Shown: piece by piece, positions 56,394 through 64,000 of the stretch
Layout of the letters: the number at the start of each line of letters is the position of its first letter
Position numbering within the stretch: position 1 is the first letter of the stretch
Source: Polynucleobacter meluiroseus
GTDB taxonomy: Bacteria > Pseudomonadota > Gammaproteobacteria > Burkholderiales > Burkholderiaceae
DNA length: 64,000 bases
Assembly: GCA_943372325.1 (NCBI GenBank)
Contig: CALRYF010000003.1
Location: 121,577-185,576, forward strand
Direction of reading: 5' to 3'
Notes under the pieces: model-generated
What the model saw: only the letters and a program-made list of their open reading frames with translations
The model's database searches: none
Told to the model about the DNA's origin: nothing
Made by a program: the position numbers and the translations under genes

Positions 56394-57413
56394 CTATCCA
56401 GAAAATAAAGCAGTGATAGGAAGCGAAATGATGCTCAGGAAGCAAGTGAATAAAACTATTGAGCTGGCTAGTGATGTATTGCCACCATAACGAGCGCAGA
56501 TAACAACTGCTAATGGCGAAGCAGGTAGGGCTGAAAGTAGCAAGCCAACTTGCCTATCTACTAGAGGCAAATCTAAAATTTGGGTTAATTTATGGGAAAT
56601 AATGGGTTCTGCAACCAATTGAGCAAGGCTCACTGAAACTAGTATCCAGAGCATTCCCTTTACCTTAAAGGATTCAAATGCCAACCCAGTGGCCATTGCC
56701 GATAAAAATGGCAAGGCAGAACCGATCATGGTGAGTCCGCCAAATAAGGTCACTGGCAGATAGCCTGAAGTGGGGAGCTGCAGAAGATTCCAGACTAATC
56801 CACCGCTCAGTGCAAGCATGGGTTTACTGATTAAAAATTGCTGTACTTGTCGCGGGAAGGATATTTTATCGACCCGGGAACAGTAATGAATGCCAATAAA
56901 AATTCCCACTGTATTAATTAGTAAGCCATGGCTAAATTGTGCGATGACAATTCCCATGGAAATAATTGCTGGCTGATCTTGGTAGACTATTTTCAATAAG
57001 GCACTGCCAATCAGAGATGTGCCGCTAAAAGTGCCAGCCAAAATAAAGGCCATCAGGCTGGCATTATTTAGGCGAAAGACATATTTACCCAGTGCGCCCA
57101 TCAGTAGACCAACCACTAGCAACGCAACGTTGATCGACATTGCCGACAAAATATAGTTAGCCTGTAGATCTGATTGGGCAATTACAGAAAAAATGAGGGC
57201 AGGGTATACAAGATCCACAATCATCTTTGAAATGATTGGTAGATGTTTTTGATTGATGATGTCCTGCTGACGCAACCAAAGAGTGGCTGCAATCATCATG
57301 ATAAAAATGCCGACAAATGAGGAGACTGGTTTAAATAAGTCCATTAATGACCAAATGTAGCATAGCCTTTTGCGTCTTTTCGGTAAGTTTGCTACCCTTT
57401 TTGCTTGAGTCAA
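56394..57413 (-). CDS. AEC (auxin efflux carrier) family transporter
   Basis: It has about 10 TM helices arranged as two 5-TM halves. The likely true start is the internal ATG at 57344 (MDLFKPV...). Confidence 0.7.
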   Translation of the reverse strand: MTQAKRVANLPKRRKRLCYIWSLMDLFKPVSSFVGIFIMMIAATLWLRQQDIINQKHLPIISKMIVDLVYPALIFSVIAQSDLQANYILSAMSINVALLVVGLLMGALGKYVFRLNNASLMAFILAGTFSGTSLIGSALLKIVYQDQPAIISMGIVIAQFSHGLLINTVGIFIGIHYCSRVDKISFPRQVQQFLISKPMLALSGGLVWNLLQLPTSGYLPVTLFGGLTMIGSALPFLSAMATGLAFESFKVKGMLWILVSVSLAQLVAEPIISHKLTQILDLPLVDRQVGLLLSALPASPLAVVICARYGGNTSLASSIVLFTCFLSIISLPITALFSG

Positions 57414-57440
57414 TCCAAAACTTTGTGGGTGCTTAAATCT

Positions 57441-57474
57441 ATAAAAAAAGCCCCTAAATCACTTTAGGGGCTTT
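57441..57474 (-). terminator. rho-independent terminator of tRNA-Asn
   Basis: On the minus strand, AAAGCCCCTAAA-GTGA-TTTAGGGGCTTT forms a 12-bp stem followed by a run of seven T. Confidence 0.8.
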
Positions 57475-57481
57475 ACTTATT

Positions 57482-57557
57482 TGGCTCCTCGACCTGGGCT
57501 CGAACCAGGGACCTACGGATTAACAGTCCGGCGCTCTACCGACTGAGCTATCGAGGA
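57482..57557 (-). tRNA. tRNA-Asn (GUU anticodon), CCA encoded
   Basis: The reverse complement is TCCTCGATAGCTCAGTCGGTAGAGCGCCGGACTGTTAATCCGTAGGTCCCTGGTTCGAGCCCAGGTCGAGGAGCCA. This is a 76-nt cloverleaf with anticodon loop CTGTTAA. Confidence 0.92.
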
Positions 57558-57578
57558 ATAAGCCGATATTATAGCAAG

Positions 57579-58463
57579 ATGAAATCACTTCTCTCTACTT
57601 CTGTACAGATCCCCAAAGTACTGACTATTGCTGGGTCAGATAGTGGCGGCGGGGCGGGGCTGCAAGCCGACCTCAAGGTCATTACAGCCTTAGGTGGCTT
57701 TGGGATGTCCGTTATCACCGCCATTACTGCTCAAAATACCTTAGGTGTTACACGCATTCAGGATATCGATCTCGATGTAGTGGAAGCCCAGATTGATGCT
57801 GTTTTATTAGATATTGGGGCAGATATTGTCAAAATTGGCATGCTTGCCAGTCCAGAAATCGTTCGAACAGTTGCTAAATCTTTACGCAAACATGGTGTGA
57901 AACAAATTGTTCTGGATCCTGTTTTGCGGGCAACCTCTGGCGCAAGTTTGGGTGGTGACGACACTGCACAAGCCATGATTACGGAATTATTTCCGATCGC
58001 ATCACTGATCACACCAAATTTGGAAGAAGCTTCATTGCTACTAGGTAGAGAGATTAGTGGGCCGAATGATTTCAAATTAGCCGCAGAAGAATTGCTGGAA
58101 ATGGGATCGCAAGCAGTACTTATCAAGGGTGGTCATCTCGATAGCACCCATACTCAAATCACCGATTATTTAATGTGGCGCACGCTTGAAGATGGTTTAG
58201 AAGTTGTGCAATCAAAAGAGTTTAAGCACTACCGTGTGAACACAACGAATACCCATGGAACAGGTTGTTCATTGGCAGCAGCAATTGCTACATACCTGGC
58301 AGCTGGACACGACCTAGCGCATGCAGTTGCTAAGGCTATTGCTTATGTTGAGGCCGGCTTAGAGGCGGGGCGCTTCTTAAGTATTGGTGAGGGTCCAGGA
58401 CCTTTGTGGCATATGCACGATTTTTATCCAACGGCATTGCTGGATGAGAAGGAAAAGTATTAA
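57579..58463 (+). CDS. thiD: hydroxymethylpyrimidine/phosphomethylpyrimidine kinase
   Basis: It has VLTIAGSDSGGGAGLQADLK, IKGGHL and NTHGTGCSLAAAIA. Confidence 0.93.
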   Translation: MKSLLSTSVQIPKVLTIAGSDSGGGAGLQADLKVITALGGFGMSVITAITAQNTLGVTRIQDIDLDVVEAQIDAVLLDIGADIVKIGMLASPEIVRTVAKSLRKHGVKQIVLDPVLRATSGASLGGDDTAQAMITELFPIASLITPNLEEASLLLGREISGPNDFKLAAEELLEMGSQAVLIKGGHLDSTHTQITDYLMWRTLEDGLEVVQSKEFKHYRVNTTNTHGTGCSLAAAIATYLAAGHDLAHAVAKAIAYVEAGLEAGRFLSIGEGPGPLWHMHDFYPTALLDEKEKY

Positions 58464-58476
58464 CTCCTTATTGCTT

Positions 58477-59451
58477 TTATCGCATTAATTCTTGTAAGTG
58501 TTTGACGGCGGCTTTGCTATCTTTAGCTTGTGTAAGGGCTCTTACTACTGCCACAGAACCAACGCCGCTCTTTGCTACTGCACGGATGCTGTCTTGATCA
58601 ATGCCACCGATGGCTACCAGTGGGTAGTGACTCATTAACTGAGCGTATTTGTAGAGGCGTCCAAGACCTTGCGGGGCAGTAGGCATCTTCTTCAAATTGG
58701 TTGGAAAGACAGCGCCCATCGCAATATAGCTTGGGCAAAAACGATCTGCATAGACCATCTCTGCATAACCATGTGTACTCAGTCCAAGCCTTAGGCCAGC
58801 AGCACGAATTTCATCTAAATTAGCTTCCTCAAGATCTTCTTGGCCTAGATGAACGCCATAGGCACCGGCATCGATGGCTTCTTGCCAAAAGTCATTAATA
58901 AAGAGCAGAGTCTTACTGTCTTTAACGGCTGCAACAGATTCTTTAATCTGCTTTCTGATCTTGGATTTTTCTTCCGACTTAAAGCGCAGTTGCACAGTAG
59001 GTAGCTCTGCATCCACCATCCGCTTTACCCAATCAGCATCGGGCATGACGCCATAAAGACCTAATCGTTGAGGACATTCAGGAAAAGCATTGGGATTCAT
59101 ATTACGAGACCAGGGTAATAAATCAAATTGCTCTGGTCTACTTGGCCATTTAAAGGGATTAAAGCCACCATCTTGCGAAGTCATGCGTGACCAGGCTTTG
59201 CCTAATACTTTGGCATCCGATTCAATAAAGCCCATTTCAATACTAGCTAATGCACCAGCTAACTCGTAATGATCAACAGCGGCTTCATTATCAATGAGAG
59301 GTGGCGGAGAATTCACGCTAAAGCTTGGAATCGGAATGCTTAACTCAGCACTGCGATGTGCAGCAATAATTTGATCGGCTAGGTCTCGAATAAGGCTCAT
59401 GAATTTAGGGTGCTTAACTGAGTGTCTTAGTAAGACTAAGATTGATGCCAA
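58477..59451 (-). CDS. thiE: thiamine-phosphate synthase with ~120-aa N-terminal extension
   Basis: The C-terminal ~200 aa carry ThiE-like strings ([36 protein letters not shown]). The N-terminal part is unassigned. The ATG at 59400 is an alternative start. Confidence 0.8.
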   Translation of the reverse strand: MASILVLLRHSVKHPKFMSLIRDLADQIIAAHRSAELSIPIPSFSVNSPPPLIDNEAAVDHYELAGALASIEMGFIESDAKVLGKAWSRMTSQDGGFNPFKWPSRPEQFDLLPWSRNMNPNAFPECPQRLGLYGVMPDADWVKRMVDAELPTVQLRFKSEEKSKIRKQIKESVAAVKDSKTLLFINDFWQEAIDAGAYGVHLGQEDLEEANLDEIRAAGLRLGLSTHGYAEMVYADRFCPSYIAMGAVFPTNLKKMPTAPQGLGRLYKYAQLMSHYPLVAIGGIDQDSIRAVAKSGVGSVAVVRALTQAKDSKAAVKHLQELMR

Positions 59452-60254
59452 AAAGGAGTGCCTACCAAAGGCGTGCTGGCCTGGGCAGACTCTTGAGGTT
59501 TCATTGCACCGGATAAATAGGCTGCACGTCCAGCATCCACTGCCATTGCAAAAGCTTTGGCCATTACGACAGGATCATCTGCCAGGGCAACTGCTGTATT
59601 GAGAAGTACGCCATCAAAGCCCCATTCCATAACCGTACAGGCATGAGAAGGTAGGCCTAGACCAGCATCGACTAAGAGTGGCACTTTGAGTCGATCACGC
59701 AGAAGTTTCATGGCATAAGGGTTGAGTGGTCCTTGACCTGTGCCGATGGGGGCTGCCCAAGGCATGACTGCTTGGCAGCCAACGTCAACTAAGCGCTGAC
59801 ACAAAATAAGATCTTCCGTGCAATACGGCAAGACCTTAAAACCATCTTTAATCAGCGTTTCAGCGGTTTGCACTAATCGCAAGACATCGGGCTGCAAAGT
59901 GTAGTCATCGCCGATAAGTTCTAGCTTGATCCAATCGGTTTCAAAAACTTCACGCGCCATTTGCGCAGTCGTAATGACTTCTTGCGGGCTATGGCAACCA
60001 GCGGTATTTGGCAGTACTGGTACAGCCATTTTTTTCAGTAAATCCCAAAAGCCACTATGCGCTTCAGTGGTCGAGCTGCCTTGACGACGCAAGCTGACGG
60101 TAATCATGGCAGGATTAGATACTTGTACTGCGTTCTCTAAAACCTGTGGAGAGGGATAACGCGAAGTACCTAATAGCAAACGGCTAGCAAAGCTCTCACC
60201 ATAGAGAACTAGGGTATCGGCATTATTGAGATTGCTTGGTAAAGGTGCGTTCAT
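59436..60254 (-). CDS. thiG: thiazole synthase
   Basis: It has [33 protein letters not shown] and LVDAGLG. Confidence 0.93.
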   Translation of the reverse strand: MNAPLPSNLNNADTLVLYGESFASRLLLGTSRYPSPQVLENAVQVSNPAMITVSLRRQGSSTTEAHSGFWDLLKKMAVPVLPNTAGCHSPQEVITTAQMAREVFETDWIKLELIGDDYTLQPDVLRLVQTAETLIKDGFKVLPYCTEDLILCQRLVDVGCQAVMPWAAPIGTGQGPLNPYAMKLLRDRLKVPLLVDAGLGLPSHACTVMEWGFDGVLLNTAVALADDPVVMAKAFAMAVDAGRAAYLSGAMKPQESAQASTPLVGTPFWHQS

Positions 60255-60277
60255 TTCATTTCTACAATTTTCTTACT

Positions 60278-60475
60278 TTAGCCACCAGTAACTGGAGCGA
60301 TTATTTCAATTTGATCATTTTCATTCAAGGCAAACTCTGAATGCTGAGTCTTGGGAACAAAATTCAGATTTACCGCAACAGCGTAGGGTGGCTTCGCATT
60401 AATCAAAGCCAATGCATCACTCACCATGCTCTTACTGGGTAACTCATAGGCCACCTGATTGACGATTATGCGCAT
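60278..60475 (-). CDS. thiS: sulfur carrier protein ThiS
   Basis: It is 65 aa long, shows a ubiquitin-like fold pattern and ends in VTGG. Confidence 0.88.
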   Translation of the reverse strand: MRIIVNQVAYELPSKSMVSDALALINAKPPYAVAVNLNFVPKTQHSEFALNENDQIEIIAPVTGG

Positions 60476-61614
60476 ACTGCCTCAATGCGATGATTGCCTT
60501 GTGTAACACTCAAGCCTAATTCCAATGCTGTCTTACTAGAGCCTTGCTCTAAAACTTGCAGGGCGCAGTCTAGTACTGCTGGCGCAATCATAAAACCATG
60601 GCGATAGAGACCATTGATCATGATCAAGTCAGCAAGTCCTTTATCTTTGCGAGAGCGAATTTCTGGCAAATTATTTTTTAAGGTAGGACGACATTGCGTC
60701 GCCATCTCTAGGATGCGGGCTTCTGCAAAGCCGCTATGTACGGTATACACCGCACTGAGCAACTCCATGGCCGAACGCACACTCATCTCTGAAAGATCGT
60801 CAGATTCAATTTCTGTCGCACCAACAACATAAACATCGTTTTCTTTAGGAGCGATATAGATCGGATAACGCGGGTGTATCAAGCGCGTAGGGCGGCGTAG
60901 CTTCACTTCTGGCGCATACAGTCGAACTACTTCGCCACGAACACCTCGTAGCGTATTAGGCGACTCACCAGAGGACCAGGGTTCCTTTGCGCCGGTACCG
61001 CGACAATCAATCACTGCTTTATAGGAAGACTCTTTACGCAATGGTTCTGGATCGATTTCAGTATGCCAATGGCAATTGACATTCAAGAGCTTAAGTTCTG
61101 TGGCAAGAGCATCTAATAACTGACGATTATCTAGTTGACCCTCATTCGGTAAATACAAGCCCTGTGTAAAGCGCTCGGCAACACCAGGCTCAAGCTCACG
61201 CAAAGCTTCATTATTTAACTTTTGTGGAGCACTTAAGTCAGGGTTAGCACGACAATTCTTTTTTAGATGAGCGGCAAACCTCTCTGCATCACTAGCATCT
61301 TGTCGATGCCACAAAATTAAAGTACCGTTTTGCTGAAAGTAGACTGACTCGGTTAAATCATTAATGAGCGCTTTCCAGCGCGGCAGACTATATAAGCCCA
61401 TGCGTACTACAGAATCCTCGGTAATCGCTGATTCTGCTAAGGGTGACAACATCGCTGCAGCAATACGCGCAGCAGCATGAGCTGCATCAGATCCGCTTTT
61501 ATCAAACAGATCAACCTGCGCTCCACCCTTAGCAAGTGCAAGTGCTAGCAGACGGCCCATCAGGCCGCCGCCAACAATCGCATACTTGCTATTGAAGAAG
61601 CTTGCGCTAGTCAT
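60466..61614 (-). CDS. thiO: FAD-dependent glycine oxidase
   Basis: It has an N-terminal GGGLMG dinucleotide fold, belongs to the DAO family, sits between thiC and thiS, and has NGLYRHGFMIAP near the C-terminus. Confidence 0.85.
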   Translation of the reverse strand: MTSASFFNSKYAIVGGGLMGRLLALALAKGGAQVDLFDKSGSDAAHAAARIAAAMLSPLAESAITEDSVVRMGLYSLPRWKALINDLTESVYFQQNGTLILWHRQDASDAERFAAHLKKNCRANPDLSAPQKLNNEALRELEPGVAERFTQGLYLPNEGQLDNRQLLDALATELKLLNVNCHWHTEIDPEPLRKESSYKAVIDCRGTGAKEPWSSGESPNTLRGVRGEVVRLYAPEVKLRRPTRLIHPRYPIYIAPKENDVYVVGATEIESDDLSEMSVRSAMELLSAVYTVHSGFAEARILEMATQCRPTLKNNLPEIRSRKDKGLADLIMINGLYRHGFMIAPAVLDCALQVLEQGSSKTALELGLSVTQGNHRIEAVCA

Positions 61615-61638
61615 GAATGTCCCGTTACGCCAGATTAC

Positions 61639-63585
<1,947 letters not shown>

Positions 63586-63624
63586 CTAGCGTTTTTAGAT
63601 GGACGAAACCGGGTGTCGGTCTGA

Positions 63625-63715
63625 TGTAACTCCCCACGCCAGCATTACCTGGATCGGGTTCTAGGGTCTTTCTCAGCGCCTTCAATTAAACCTCTATGAA
63701 GGGCACCCCTGTTTC
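63625..63715 (-). promoter_or_regulatory. TPP (THI-box) riboswitch upstream of thiC
   Basis: The minus strand reads CAGGGGTGCCC...GGCGCTGAGAAAGACCCTAGAACCCGATCCAGGTAATGCTGGCGTGGGGAG. A downstream hairpin GTCCATCT/AGATGGAC (63577-63604) covers the Shine-Dalgarno sequence and the start codon. Confidence 0.9.
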
Positions 63716-63794
63716 ATCCTTAAGGAAGATTTAACCACGAAATAGACAATTGCAGTGGAGCAACACTACAACCGATGAAAACAAGCCTTATAAG

Positions 63795-64000
63795 CTACTT
63801 ATTGCAGCGCAATATAAAGTCAGCGGTTACAAAAGCGGCATCAGAAGTAAATTCATCAGCGAGGATTCTGGCAGAAGCTTCAGCAAGCGAGATTTCAATA
63901 AACCCACTGACTTCACCATCATGATTGGTTGGCACAAAATTATCAGTCAGCTCCAAGTCATAGACATACAACTGCTCATCATGAAATCCACGACCTGCTA
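63795..64000 (-). CDS. hypothetical protein, C-terminal fragment (5' end beyond window)
   Basis: The minus-strand frame is open to the window edge and ends ...FIEISLAEASARILADEFTSDAAFVTADFILRCNK with a TAG stop. No motif was recognised. Confidence 0.4.
   Translation of the reverse strand, partial: AGRGFHDEQLYVYDLELTDNFVPTNHDGEVSGFIEISLAEASARILADEFTSDAAFVTADFILRCNK

Larger units (their letters stand above)
28586..57523. mobile_element. tRNA-Asn-associated genomic island (~29 kb), no integrase detected
   Basis: It is bounded by intact tRNA-Asn and a direct repeat of that tRNA's 3' half. Its cargo is envelope or secreted enzymes and outer-membrane channels unrelated to the flanking core genes. 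By eye it looks more AT-rich, but this was not computed. Confidence 0.6.

Overview
The window looks like chromosome from an AT-rich betaproteobacterium. Burkholderiales, possibly Polynucleobacter-like, is inferred from the Bug/TctC binding proteins and gene order; it was not verified.

It has three parts:

1. **Core genes.** These are cysS (5' end outside the window), an HhH-GPD glycosylase, accA, tilS, lysC and tRNA-Ser. After the islet come a Bug-linked acyl-CoA operon, an ElaB/YqjE/YqjK triad, apt, fadD and an IlvD-family dehydratase. At the right end sit thiD and a thiC-thiO-thiS-thiG-thiE operon behind a TPP riboswitch.

2. **A ~3.2 kb islet next to tRNA-Ser (about 5.6-8.8 kb).** This is the most interesting part.
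   - It holds two paralogous 42- and 44-aa genes. One is absent from the ORF track and the other is hidden inside a longer ORF.
   - They share an acidic leader but have unrelated Cys/Thr/Trp-rich tails, the pattern expected of RiPP or bacteriocin precursors.
   - They flank a small secreted protein and an AurF-type diiron oxygenase that keeps all seven metal ligands.
   - The peptide genes sit in repeated terminator-plus-upstream cassettes, one of which is interrupted by a decayed IS3-like orfA.

3. **A ~29 kb integrase-less island (28.6-57.5 kb).**
   - It is bounded by tRNA-Asn and a 37/42-identical copy of that tRNA's 3' half.
   - It encodes lipoproteins, Tat-exported oxidases and outer-membrane channels.
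   - Contents include a GDA1/CD39 NTPDase, a nucleoside-hydrolase-like protein, a molybdenum hydroxylase, a circularly permuted D-amino-acid-oxidase homologue, two type-B carboxylesterases, an RCC1-repeat protein, a multicopper oxidase, an amine oxidase and two tandem cupins.

No CRISPR array, rRNA or recognisable defence system was seen. All calls rest on reading motifs by eye; no database search was run.
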